Origin: Spirochaetes bacterium ADurb.BinA120
Lineage (GTDB): Bacteria; Spirochaetota; UBA4802; UBA5368
NCBI GenBank assembly: GCA_002069125.1
Contig: MVZN01000008.1
Span: 5,643 to 69,642, forward strand
Direction of reading: 5' to 3'
Length of the DNA stretch: 64,000 nt
Made by a program: the position numbers and the translations under genes. Shown here one piece after another: positions 32,066 to 41,825 of this stretch. The stretch's first letter is position 1. Every line of letters starts with the position of its first letter. Below the pieces are notes generated by a model. It did not search any database. It had not been told where the DNA came from and saw nothing but the letters and a program-made list of their open reading frames with translations.

Positions 32066-33205
32066 ATGTTCGATTCCAGGTCGCCAGTCATAAAGATCGC
32101 CGGATACGCCATAGTAGGTTTTTTCGTGCTGATCATCATCATCTCCTTCGGGATGCCCGACTTCATGTCGAGGCTCGGCATGGATAAAAGCACAGTGGCG
32201 ATAATAAACGGAGAGAAAATACATCACCTCGATTTTCTGCGCTACCGCAACAGCGTTTCGCAGCGGGTTCCCGACGCCACCAGCAAGGAAATGCAGAATT
32301 ATATCCTGGACAGCATGATCCGCTATCGCCTTCAGCTCCAGAAAGCGCGCGATATAGGCATCAGGGTCTCCGACGAAAGGGTAAAGCGCGTTATCCGCGA
32401 GATGCCCATGTTCAGGGACGATTCGGGCAGGTTCAACCGAAATCACCTAAATCTCTTTTTGGACCACCACCATTTAAGCCTCAACGATTATTACGTCATG
32501 GTCCGCGAAGACCTCGTCAACGAGGAGCTTATACGCCTTATCCAGAGCGGGGCGGGGGTTACGCGTGAGGAGATACTCGTCAATGGGGCGGTCGAAAATT
32601 CCAGGATCCAGATCCGATATTGTTATGCGGCCAATTCCGATCTCAGAAAGCGATGGGCCGGAGACATCCGCGTGACCGACGCGGAGGTTGACGCCGAGCT
32701 CGCGGCGAACCGCTCCGAGGTGAAAGACCCCAAAACGGACCGCCAGCGCATAAAAAGCAAGCTCGAGGACCGCAAGTTCGAGGCCAAAAAAAAGGAGATA
32801 ATCGGCGCTATCGACCGGCTTTCTCTGGATGGAGGCCCGTTCGAGCAGGCGGTTGCGCGCCTCGGGGGAATGGTGCGCACATCGGCGGTTTTCAAGGCGG
32901 GCGAGCCGGTGCGCGAGACGGGCGCGAAGGGCGTCGTAATTTACTCGCTAAGCGATTCGCCGCTTTTCGTGGGCGATTGCCTCTCGCTTAGAAGCGGCGC
33001 CTCCTCGCGCGTAGTCTCCTCCTTCGACGGCCTCTACGTATTTACTCCGCTCGTTAAGGATGTGCCGATGAGGGAGCCCGCCGGGGCTCAATACGAGGCC
33101 ACGGAGATGAGGCTTAGGAACGAGAAGACCAACGCGGTATACATAAACATGATGACGGCATTTCTCGAGAAATCGAAGGTGTCAAAAAATTTAAATTTTG
33201 ATTGA
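32066..33205 (+). CDS. Periplasmic chaperone, SurA N-terminal domain / PpiD-like
   Basis: N-terminal TM anchor followed by a SurA_N-like region (INGEKIHHLDFLRYRNSVSQ...), 379 aa, with no obvious parvulin domain. Confidence 0.5.
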   Translation: MFDSRSPVIKIAGYAIVGFFVLIIIISFGMPDFMSRLGMDKSTVAIINGEKIHHLDFLRYRNSVSQRVPDATSKEMQNYILDSMIRYRLQLQKARDIGIRVSDERVKRVIREMPMFRDDSGRFNRNHLNLFLDHHHLSLNDYYVMVREDLVNEELIRLIQSGAGVTREEILVNGAVENSRIQIRYCYAANSDLRKRWAGDIRVTDAEVDAELAANRSEVKDPKTDRQRIKSKLEDRKFEAKKKEIIGAIDRLSLDGGPFEQAVARLGGMVRTSAVFKAGEPVRETGAKGVVIYSLSDSPLFVGDCLSLRSGASSRVVSSFDGLYVFTPLVKDVPMREPAGAQYEATEMRLRNEKTNAVYINMMTAFLEKSKVSKNLNFD

Positions 33206-33304
33206 AATTGTCCGGTTTTCATGGCATAATTGCCGTTGCGGGAGTCGTTGGCGCCCGCCGGCAGCGGGGGAGACACCGGACACGCGGAAGACAAGAGGGC
33301 AGGT

Positions 33305-33769
33305 ATGAACATAAACGCTGAGTACGTCAATCCGTTTCTCGAGGCCGCGGGCGCGGTATTCAAATCCGTTGTCGGTGTGGATTTAAAAAGAGGTAAGCTT
33401 TCCATAAAGGAATCCCCGGACCCTTCCCACGAGGTGGCGATCCTCATAGGCATCACCGGCTCGATAAGCGGCGATGTGGTGTACAGCATGGGCTATAACA
33501 TGGTATACAAGATAGCGGAGATACTCGCTCCCGGTCTTAGCGAGGCCCAGCTTAAAACCGAGTATAAGGACATCATAGGCGAGCTCGCCAATATGATAAC
33601 GGGGAACGCGATGAACATCTTCGCCTACGCCGGCAAGCGTATTGAGATCACCACGCCAACCGTCATCGACGGCAAGAACTTCACAATCACCCATGTGAAG
33701 CAGACCACGCTGGCCATAAGCCTATACAGCCCCTTCGGTCAGCTCGAAATGAACGTGGCCCTTAAATAG
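33305..33769 (+). CDS. cheX: Chemotaxis protein CheX (CheC-like phosphatase family)
   Basis: CheX-like sequence (INAEYVNPFLEAAGAVFKSVVGV...GITGSISGDVVYSM...ELANMITGNA); 154 aa. Confidence 0.65.
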   Translation: MNINAEYVNPFLEAAGAVFKSVVGVDLKRGKLSIKESPDPSHEVAILIGITGSISGDVVYSMGYNMVYKIAEILAPGLSEAQLKTEYKDIIGELANMITGNAMNIFAYAGKRIEITTPTVIDGKNFTITHVKQTTLAISLYSPFGQLEMNVALK

Positions 33770-33781
33770 GTCCGCTTTGCT

Positions 33782-34648
33782 TTAGTTACCGGTTTTAAAA
33801 TACGTCGATTCGATGTATCGTAGGTCGCGCTCCACCCGCGCCTTCAGTGGGGAATTGCGAAAGTGGGGCGATCCCTCGTCCTCGGCCCTTTTTAAAAAGG
33901 CGCGGTACACCCGCCGGGCAGTCTCCATGTCCCTGAGGGTGGCGTCCTTTTCGAACACCTTCGCCATCAGATAATACGCGTCATCGACCGTTTCGCGGTC
34001 GGGATAATACCTGATGATATTGATCGCCGTTTCCAGCGCCTGTGCGCCCTTGCCGGCGTTTAGATAGATGGTGCCCAGGAAAAGAAGGGCGTCGTCGGAG
34101 CGTTCGTGGTCCGGGAACCGCGACGAAATCGCCATAAAAGACTCTATCGCCCCCGGGAGATTCCCGCTTTTATAGCGCGCCTCGCCGATGGAGTACAGGG
34201 CCATCGGGTACTCGCCGGAGTCTTCGGCTATGGATGAAAATTCGCGTATGGCTTCGTTCGGCCTGTCGGCCCCCATGTGTATCTTGCCCGCCCATATAGC
34301 GGCCGAGTCCCGGTAGGGGCTTTCCGGGAACCTGGACTTCAGCTCGTCGAATTTGGCCAGCGCCGCCCGGTTCATAGCGGCATTGTACAGTTGTATGCCG
34401 GTCTTCAGTAAAACCTCGTCCGGCCCCGGAGCCTGGGCGGCCCTGTCGGGTCCGGCGTCTTTTGCGGGGGACCTGGGCAAACCCGGAGCGGACGGAGGGC
34501 TCGCTTTGGGCGCGATCTCCTTCTTCTCCCCTACCGGTTCGCCCTCGAGTATGCTGCGGATTATGGCCTCGGTTCCGCGGGTCCCCTCCGCAATGAGGCA
34601 GGGGGTGGCAAGCAGCATGAAAAGGAGGATGAATACCGGGCGTTTCAT
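33782..34648 (-). CDS. Secreted TPR protein (YbgF/BamD-like)
   Basis: Signal peptide, Pro/Ala-rich linker, then TPR repeats (ALYSIGEARYKSGNLPGAIESF; ALLFLGTIYLNAG; AYYLMAKVF). Confidence 0.55.
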   Translation of the reverse strand: MKRPVFILLFMLLATPCLIAEGTRGTEAIIRSILEGEPVGEKKEIAPKASPPSAPGLPRSPAKDAGPDRAAQAPGPDEVLLKTGIQLYNAAMNRAALAKFDELKSRFPESPYRDSAAIWAGKIHMGADRPNEAIREFSSIAEDSGEYPMALYSIGEARYKSGNLPGAIESFMAISSRFPDHERSDDALLFLGTIYLNAGKGAQALETAINIIRYYPDRETVDDAYYLMAKVFEKDATLRDMETARRVYRAFLKRAEDEGSPHFRNSPLKARVERDLRYIESTYFKTGN

Positions 34649-35379
34649 TTGGTGATGATCCCGGAATCCTTTCGGATTGGTTTGAGCTCGGCCGGCCGGC
34701 GCTTTATCCCTTTTCCAGGCTCAGTCGACTGTTTCTCCGAAGGGGCCGTTCCCTCGCGGACGAGCGGCCTCTCGACGATAGGCGGCGGGACGCGGTCTTC
34801 GGGTTCAATTTGCCCTGGTTTAAGTGTGCCCTTATCGCGCTCCTCCCGTATAATCTCCGGCTTTTCGTCCGCGCCAGGATACGGATCCCGCCGTTTCAGG
34901 TTTCGTACGTCCGCGGGGACTCGAACGTCGTCGGTGCGGGGAGGTTCCGAGATTCGGTCGCGCAGGTCGAGGCCCGGAGTCGGGCTTATGGACCGTTCGG
35001 GGGAGGGGGGTTCGATGATGCCGTCACCGGTCTCAGGCTCGAGCCGCCCCCGCGCCGGAAATCCAATCTTTCCAATTGACGATTCCCGCACCTCGCTCAT
35101 CAGATCGGAATCGAGCATGAAGCGGGAATCGCCTCCCTTCCGTTCCAGTTTTATGTCGATGTCGAAGGTGTCGTTGGTCTCTCCGGCGATCTGAGTACCC
35201 ATTTTTCGCGCGCCCTTCTTGCCTATCTGGTGCCCGATTATCACGCCGGTCACCATGAGTATCGCGGTGAGCAGAAAAAAGCTCTGCCGTATCGTGTCGG
35301 CCGTCCTTTTGGGCGTGTGTTCGATGGCATTATTCAGCGTCTCGATTATTTTTGATACAATCCGCATAAGTGAATTCAT
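34645..35379 (-). CDS. Membrane-anchored Pro/Glu-rich hypothetical protein
   Basis: One TM helix (FFLLTAILMVTGVIIGHQI) followed by a low-complexity charged C-terminal region. ATGA overlap with the downstream TPR gene. Confidence 0.45.
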   Translation of the reverse strand: MNSLMRIVSKIIETLNNAIEHTPKRTADTIRQSFFLLTAILMVTGVIIGHQIGKKGARKMGTQIAGETNDTFDIDIKLERKGGDSRFMLDSDLMSEVRESSIGKIGFPARGRLEPETGDGIIEPPSPERSISPTPGLDLRDRISEPPRTDDVRVPADVRNLKRRDPYPGADEKPEIIREERDKGTLKPGQIEPEDRVPPPIVERPLVREGTAPSEKQSTEPGKGIKRRPAELKPIRKDSGIITK

Positions 35380-35391
35380 CGTCCCGCCCGG

Positions 35392-36279
35392 TCATCCTTT
35401 TTTATCAAGTATAATGACGACCCTGCAGCGTTTCAAACTATTTCTGGTGGCCTGCGCCCCCAGGACCCTTCGCGCGTCCTTTTCGGATATCACCGGGCAC
35501 GCGTTCAAGCTTTTCAGGGCCACGGAATAATACGGGCGGTCCCCGGCCCTTTTTAGCGCTTTCGCCTCGTCCTCGGTATGGCAGTAGGATGCCATGCCGT
35601 TTTTGAGCGCATAGCGGCTGTCGATGAAGATCCGGCCGAAGATTTCCACCCCGTTCTCGTCATAGATGGACGGGAAAAGCATCGGTTCCAGCTTGAGCCC
35701 GCGGCCGTCCACGATAAGTCCGGTGTAATCGGTCTTGAGCGGAGTGTTGTCGATAACCGGCAGTTCCATGTCGGGGTAGTCCCAGGGGAGCGAAGCGATG
35801 ATTCCGCCGAAGCCCAGGCGCGCTTCGCAGGTGCTCGCGACAAACCCCGAGGGATGGCGCCTGAACCTGGTCTCGGCGGCGATCGTTTCGGAGAGGCGCC
35901 TCTGAACGGTATCGTCCGCCTGGAGGAGATCACCCAGCCGGCGATTGGGATCGACGCGGATGGTTTTCATGGCGCTGAGCAGGCTTTCTATGGAGGCCTC
36001 CTGCGCTCTGCGGCGTGTGTCTTTTCGCGCGCCGTTTATGCCAAGCTCCCTGCCGTCCTCGGGGTCCACCGGCAGGCCCGTGCCCGACACCTCAGCCTCG
36101 AAACGGCCGGTCGAGCTTATAAACGATCGGGTCCAGTTGATGCTTCCGTCGCCGTGTCTAACGATGAGGTCGGCCGCCTCCGCGGAAGCGCAAAGCAGGC
36201 ACAGCGCCGCGCCCGCAATGAAAGCCGCGGCCGTTATCCGTTTTCCAGCCCCGTGGCGGTTATGGTCTCGTTTCGGCAA
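35392..36279 (-). CDS. Secreted hypothetical protein
   Basis: Signal peptide (ITAAAFIAGAALCLLCASAEA); 295 aa; no confident family assignment. Confidence 0.45.
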   Translation of the reverse strand: MPKRDHNRHGAGKRITAAAFIAGAALCLLCASAEAADLIVRHGDGSINWTRSFISSTGRFEAEVSGTGLPVDPEDGRELGINGARKDTRRRAQEASIESLLSAMKTIRVDPNRRLGDLLQADDTVQRRLSETIAAETRFRRHPSGFVASTCEARLGFGGIIASLPWDYPDMELPVIDNTPLKTDYTGLIVDGRGLKLEPMLFPSIYDENGVEIFGRIFIDSRYALKNGMASYCHTEDEAKALKRAGDRPYYSVALKSLNACPVISEKDARRVLGAQATRNSLKRCRVVIILDKKG

Positions 36280-36366
36280 GGGGAGATTCCGTTCGCATTC
36301 AGTATGGAACAGCCATATCCCTCCAATTATCGGTACGAGCGTCGGTCTTTTCCAGTAAAATATGCC

Positions 36367-38082
36367 TTAAGGGAGTTCGTCGAGCCGCGCGCGGCACAGG
36401 GCAAGGTGTCGCTGCAGCCTGTTCGCGGCCGAGACGATATCGGCGAGCAGTATTGCCGTGCTCCTCCCGGAGGGGAGCTCGCCGTGCCTGGCGAGATAGG
36501 CGTTCGTCCTGCGTAACAGCGGGTTGAAGAGCTCCGGTAGGTCCGAAAGGGCGGTATCGAGCAGTGTCTTTCGTTCCTCATCGCTAAGGCTTTCCACCGA
36601 TTTGGACGCCAGCGCCGCGGCGGGCGCGGTCAGATCGAGGGCATGGTCCACGGCCCCCCGGAGCCTCCCGGCGCCTCTTGCGCCGCGGGCGAGGGTGCGG
36701 CGAAGCACTTCGGCCGGACCGGGGGTCCGCACGGGAAATTCCTCGATGAGCGACTCTATCGAACGCTCCTCGGTCCAGGCGATGCGGGCCCCGCCGCCGC
36801 TTGCGTTGATGACCGGCACGGGCACCTTTCGGGCCGAATCCTCGAACCAGCTCCGGTAGAGATCGAAAACATAATCGGAGACGACCCGGCCCTTTCCGCC
36901 GTAGGCCTCCACGTACTTTATCTTCCTCTTGCGGATAACGCGCTGGTTTATGCTGTCGAGGTTTAAAAAGCGCGTGGTCATGGCGAGCCACTCCCCGTTG
37001 TGGTGGGTCCCGGTGCTGTGGATCTCCCTTCCGGTATAGGCGAGGTCCTGCCCCACAAGCACTATCGGGGAACAGCCAAGGTTAAGCATGAGATCGAACG
37101 CGCTGGTGGCGACCGACCCTCCGGACTGAATGTCTCCCGGCGGATCGATAAAGCGCTCGACCCAGTCCATCGCCGGGGTCGGTTCACGCCGCAACGTTCC
37201 GTCGGGAGCGCTGTAATACTTGGCCGTGGTGCTGAAAAACGTTTTACCGGGGTAGAGGTCCGCAATGCGCGGATAGCTGACCAGGTCCGCAAGCAGGACA
37301 GTCCCTCCGGGACGTTCGCCGAGGAAGTGCCTAAGGCTGTGCTTCTGGGCGTCGATTGTCATGACGATGTGCGGTTCGACGCCATGGCGAAGCAATACCT
37401 TAAGGGCGGTGTCCACCGATACGATTAGGGCCCTGCCTTTCATGAGGCCGAGCAGACCGGCGTTCCTTCTCAGTGATGGCCCGGCCGAAACTATGACGCC
37501 CGGAATGCCCGAAAATCCGCCGAAGAGGTCGGCCACCCGGCCGGCGTCGAAGGCGCGGGGGAGGTTTGCGAATATGTTCGCCATCCACCGCTCCTCGAAC
37601 TCGAAGCGCGTGAGTAGGTCGGAGAGTTTGGACGAAAAATAGCGGCCTATGTCGGTGACCATGGAGTCGTAGAACTCCCTGTCGAGCAGATACGAGGGAC
37701 GGTGAAAATAAACGGCCTTGCCGCGGAACGCGTCCACCTCGAAGTTTTCCAGTATCGGAGGGATGTCGTCCGGGGACACAATTATATGAGCCCCCTCGAG
37801 GTTTTCGGGGCATGACTCCAGGGCAAGGCGGACAACATCCCGGTCCTTTTCGAGTACCATTAGGGCGTGATCGGGATAGCGGTGGCGCAGGGCGGCGACA
37901 TGGTATCCCAGGCCGAGCCCGCAGACGAGAATGCCGGTCGCCCTTCCGGTTGCGAACCCGGCCGTGGCGCGTTCGGCCTCGCGCACCGGATCATAGGCCG
38001 AGTGTATCCGTATTTCCGGCGGACCGGTGTAAAGGAGCGTCCGGTGTCCCGAGGGGGTGTCGTTGACGGTAAAGCGGCCCAT
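36367..38082 (-). CDS. Motility-associated factor (Maf, DUF115) glycosyltransferase family protein
   Basis: 571-aa protein with the central DUF115 Rossmann-like region (IVSAGPSL...VDTALKVL) typical of Maf proteins that glycosylate flagellin. Confidence 0.6.
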   Translation of the reverse strand: MGRFTVNDTPSGHRTLLYTGPPEIRIHSAYDPVREAERATAGFATGRATGILVCGLGLGYHVAALRHRYPDHALMVLEKDRDVVRLALESCPENLEGAHIIVSPDDIPPILENFEVDAFRGKAVYFHRPSYLLDREFYDSMVTDIGRYFSSKLSDLLTRFEFEERWMANIFANLPRAFDAGRVADLFGGFSGIPGVIVSAGPSLRRNAGLLGLMKGRALIVSVDTALKVLLRHGVEPHIVMTIDAQKHSLRHFLGERPGGTVLLADLVSYPRIADLYPGKTFFSTTAKYYSAPDGTLRREPTPAMDWVERFIDPPGDIQSGGSVATSAFDLMLNLGCSPIVLVGQDLAYTGREIHSTGTHHNGEWLAMTTRFLNLDSINQRVIRKRKIKYVEAYGGKGRVVSDYVFDLYRSWFEDSARKVPVPVINASGGGARIAWTEERSIESLIEEFPVRTPGPAEVLRRTLARGARGAGRLRGAVDHALDLTAPAAALASKSVESLSDEERKTLLDTALSDLPELFNPLLRRTNAYLARHGELPSGRSTAILLADIVSAANRLQRHLALCRARLDELP

Positions 38083-38102
38083 GCGACACGACCTTAAGGG
38101 GC

Positions 38103-39581
38103 CTATTCGGCCCGGGCTTCGAAGGAGTTTTTAAGCTCGGCATGGAGCTCGTTAAACGCCGAATCGGACAAAATGCCGAAACGCGAGAGTACCTCGTCCT
38201 CCGTGTAGTACATCTGGTAACGGCGCGACTCGATCCCGCAAAGGATATTGGCCAGGTATACGCAGAACACGGTATCCCGGTGTTTCTCCTCCGCGTTCAG
38301 CGGGGCGTGGTGGTTGTGAATCGATTCGACAAGGTAATCGGGGAATCCCCATTTTTCGGCAGTCAAGCGCCCGATGCTGGCGTGGCTGATACCCACGGAG
38401 ATCTCCTCCATTACGGTGGAGGTCCGAATCTTGCGGTCCTTTACGATGTCCGCAATTTTGTTTGTGGTGCCGAGGTCGGTCGAAAGCATTATGATCTTGC
38501 CGAGATCGTGGAGCAGGCCGCCGAGAAAGGCGTTTTCGACTATTTTTGAAAGCCTGTACTTCAGCGCGATACCGCGGGCATAGAAGGCGACCTTGTTGCA
38601 GTGCGCCCATATCTGTTCAAAGCGCGAATAGCGTTTGTCCAGTATCGATCGGGCGCTGGTGGCAAGCAGGATGGCGTTTAGGTTTTTTAACCCGATGATT
38701 TTGACCGCCTCCGGAATGGTCTCGATGCGCTTGCCGGAGATGAATCCGGCGGAGTTTGAGAGTTTCAGCACATCGGAGGAGAGCGCCGGGTCGACCGCGA
38801 TCTTGTCCGATATCTCCGTTATGGACGATTCCGGATTTGCGCAGAGGCGCTGGAGCTCCATGACGTTTTCGGGAAAGGTCGGGATCCCGTCGACCTCCGC
38901 CAGGATCTGCTTCTTTATCGTGGTGGTTACCTCCCACGGCCGGAGTTCAAACGGTATCGCAAGCAGGGAGCGGGTGTCCTTTTCGCCGCGGATCATCTTG
39001 AAATTCTCCGCGCCGATACCGGAATTTTTTAGAAGAAGGATGGTCAGCACAATCCCAAGGCCGGCGCCTTCGGCATCGTCGTAGATCTCCTCGTATGCCT
39101 CGGTGAAGTCCTCGTAATGCCGCGCCTTTTCCATGCGCATGCTGATGCGGGCCATCTCCTCCGGCTGGATCACCGAGTTGTTGAGGACCTGTATCACCAG
39201 GCCGTTGGGGCCCTTTTTAACGCTGAAGTTGACCCTGTAGTCGCTGTTTTTAAGCTCCGGCTCTATGGATTCGAAATGGCCGATGACATTTTTCTTGAAC
39301 TGCGCTATCCCCTCAGCATAGCGTTGGCGGTCACCGATGTCTATGCCGAGCGTACTAAAAAATACGCGCTTCGCGTTGGCCTTCACGGCGTTTATGCAAA
39401 TCTCCCTTATGACAGTGGTAAAGGTGTCCAGCAGGAAAATCTGGTCCACCGAGGCGAAAATTTTGGCGAAAAGCGAGTTTATATAACGTACTACTTCCTC
39501 AGACAGGTAATGGAACGAGAAGCTGAATGGCTCGCCCCTTTTTATCTTTGCGACTGTTTCGGATGTGTTGGGTATGGCCAT
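38103..39581 (-). CDS. Fusion protein: GHKL ATPase (RsbW/SpoIIAB-like anti-sigma kinase fold) plus HDOD domain
   Basis: N-terminal HATPase_c_2-like motifs (EICINAVKAN; GLVIQVLNN; GAGLGIVLT) and C-terminal HDOD domain (LPTFPENVMELQRL...GLLHDLGKIIM). Start chosen at the internal Met MAIPNT. Confidence 0.6.
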   Translation of the reverse strand: MAIPNTSETVAKIKRGEPFSFSFHYLSEEVVRYINSLFAKIFASVDQIFLLDTFTTVIREICINAVKANAKRVFFSTLGIDIGDRQRYAEGIAQFKKNVIGHFESIEPELKNSDYRVNFSVKKGPNGLVIQVLNNSVIQPEEMARISMRMEKARHYEDFTEAYEEIYDDAEGAGLGIVLTILLLKNSGIGAENFKMIRGEKDTRSLLAIPFELRPWEVTTTIKKQILAEVDGIPTFPENVMELQRLCANPESSITEISDKIAVDPALSSDVLKLSNSAGFISGKRIETIPEAVKIIGLKNLNAILLATSARSILDKRYSRFEQIWAHCNKVAFYARGIALKYRLSKIVENAFLGGLLHDLGKIIMLSTDLGTTNKIADIVKDRKIRTSTVMEEISVGISHASIGRLTAEKWGFPDYLVESIHNHHAPLNAEEKHRDTVFCVYLANILCGIESRRYQMYYTEDEVLSRFGILSDSAFNELHAELKNSFEARAE

Positions 39582-39791
39582 AGTGGTACTCTTTTTATTT
39601 TCATGAAAGCTCGGTTTTCGCGCCCTGCATATAATATCGAACAGGCATTCCCTCGACTGTACTGATAATTTGCCGCGGCCAGGGCCCGGTTTTTTAGAGA
39701 CTCGGAGGCGAGGCCGCCTTTTGTCAACCGTGTTTTCCACTGCCCCGGCCGCCGCTGCGACCATCGCCTTCGGAAGGGCGGTCCCGCCTCT

Positions 39792-41825
39792 CTACGAGAC
39801 GGCGGACCGGTGGTGGAAACGCTTAAGCGCCTCTTTGACGGAGGAGAGCGGCCCCTCGCGGACCGGTGGGGCAAAAAGCGCCTTATGGCGGTTAAAATCG
39901 GCGTAAAACCCGGAGGGGGGCGGCACGCGCCTGAATTCCGGCTTGACGCCGTCCCGCTCCAAAATCGCGACCAGCCTGGTAAGCGCTCCGGAAAACCGAA
40001 AGCTCGAATCGATTGCGCATGAGCTAATTATCCATCTGCGGGCCAGGAATGCCGCGCCCGCGAGCGACTGGTAGTCGGTTCCCCACAGCTCCAACTGTAC
40101 GGTGTCGACTCCATCGAGCTCCAGCGCCTCGTGCACCTCCGCGGCCGTTTGGATTCCGGATATCCTTCCGTGAACCAGGGCGTGGTTCCCGTCGGATACG
40201 ACCGCAAGCTCCTCTCCGTGCCCGTACACGATACGCGGAGCGGCGGGACGGGAGTGCCGCGGGGACAGGGTAATCCAGGCCCCGATGAAGGCGGCCAGGA
40301 TGGCCATCGCGGAGAATCTTCTCCACCAGCGCGGAACGAGTAGCGGAAGCGCGTACAATACATAGAAGGGTATAACCATGCCGCATCCCCCATGGGGGCG
40401 GAAGTGCCCTCCGAGCGAGGCAGCGACTCCGACGAATGCGGAGGTCAGCTCTGTGAGGCAATCGACCGGAAGCGCTATGAGCCGTCCCGCCGCTTGGGAG
40501 ACCAGCCCGAAGCAATGCGACGCGATCGAGGCGCCCAGGGCGAAGGTGATCCCCGGAACGGCAACGAGGTTCGAGAGGGGGCCGATTAGGTTGATCTCCC
40601 CCATCTGAAACAGAATGATCGGGAATACGGGCAATTGGGCTGAAAGCGTCATGGCGAGCGGCCCCCGTAGAGCGCGGGGGAGATGCGCGAGCGATTCCTC
40701 GAATCGGCGGGAAAAAAGCAGTATGCCGAGTGTCGCGCCGAAGGTGAGCTGAAAGCCGGGTTCGTAGAGCTCGTGCGGCGCGAACATCAGAATTGCGGAG
40801 GCCGCCAGGAAAAGAGCATTGACGGCGCCCCGGTCCATGTCGAGAAGGCGCTGAGCCGCATAGGCGGAGAACATGATAAAGGCCCGCACCAGCGAGACGG
40901 GCATGTCGGTTATGTATAGATAAAAGCAGAGAAGGACGGTGGTGATGATCAGGATGGTTCGCTTCCCGATTCTGACCGGGGCGAGCAGCATGAAGGGCAC
41001 GGCCGCGACTATGCCCACATGAAGGCCGCTTGCCGCGAGCACGTGCATAACCCCTGCCTTTTTATATGTTTCTATGGTTTTCTTGTCCAGGTGGTTTTTA
41101 TTGCCGAAGTACAGGGCCTTAAGGAGCGCTGCGGTCCGCGGACCGAAGAGCCGGTCGATCGAACGCCCGATAACGGAGCGGACGGCTTCGCGCCTCCCCT
41201 GTGGCGCTGTGGCGATAATTGAAAGCGAATCCTCATCGGCGTAGGCTATGCAGGAAAATCCGCGCCTGACAAGGCCGCGCGTATATGAGGAGTCCCGGGC
41301 GGACTCCAAGTCCACGGGACGGGGCCTGGAAAGTACCGCAACCACGTCCCCCCGGTTTATCGGGCAGTCAAGAGGCGCGAGCACCATGGCCCGCCTTGCG
41401 CCCGGAAGGTCGTGGATTATAAGGCTCAATTCCACGGTATAGCGCAACAGACGCGACTCCTCCACGGTGCCGATGAAGGCCCCCAAGGCCACCCCGGTTG
41501 CGGGAGAGAAAATGCAGGAGCGGATGCGATGGGCCGAAAACGAAGCGGCCCCCAGGGCGATTACGAGGAGCAGGCATGTCCTGAATGGAAAGGGTCTCCG
41601 CACCGGCCCCCCGGCTCCGGTCATCCCGTCTTTGGGCGCTTCCTCGCGCGCCAGCGATGCGCGGAGAACCGGGCGCGTGAGGAAAAACGCGGCCAGAGCC
41701 AGAACCGCGCCCGTAAAGCGTTCCGCGTCGACGCGCATTGCGGTTCCGTACGAATACAGTACGGCGGCCGTAACCGCAAGCAGGACCAAAAGGGACGGTT
41801 GCAGGATTCGGGACGATGGGCTCAC
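39792..41825 (-). CDS. comEC: DNA internalization-related competence protein ComEC/Rec2 (with C-terminal MBL-like domain)
   Basis: Polytopic membrane region with ComEC motifs (VMHVLAASGLHVGIVA) and a C-terminal metallo-beta-lactamase-like part. The proposed GTG start at 41825 overlaps the upstream OMP gene stop (GTGA); an ATG further downstream is an alternative. Confidence 0.6.
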   Translation of the reverse strand: MSPSSRILQPSLLVLLAVTAAVLYSYGTAMRVDAERFTGAVLALAAFFLTRPVLRASLAREEAPKDGMTGAGGPVRRPFPFRTCLLLVIALGAASFSAHRIRSCIFSPATGVALGAFIGTVEESRLLRYTVELSLIIHDLPGARRAMVLAPLDCPINRGDVVAVLSRPRPVDLESARDSSYTRGLVRRGFSCIAYADEDSLSIIATAPQGRREAVRSVIGRSIDRLFGPRTAALLKALYFGNKNHLDKKTIETYKKAGVMHVLAASGLHVGIVAAVPFMLLAPVRIGKRTILIITTVLLCFYLYITDMPVSLVRAFIMFSAYAAQRLLDMDRGAVNALFLAASAILMFAPHELYEPGFQLTFGATLGILLFSRRFEESLAHLPRALRGPLAMTLSAQLPVFPIILFQMGEINLIGPLSNLVAVPGITFALGASIASHCFGLVSQAAGRLIALPVDCLTELTSAFVGVAASLGGHFRPHGGCGMVIPFYVLYALPLLVPRWWRRFSAMAILAAFIGAWITLSPRHSRPAAPRIVYGHGEELAVVSDGNHALVHGRISGIQTAAEVHEALELDGVDTVQLELWGTDYQSLAGAAFLARRWIISSCAIDSSFRFSGALTRLVAILERDGVKPEFRRVPPPSGFYADFNRHKALFAPPVREGPLSSVKEALKRFHHRSAVS

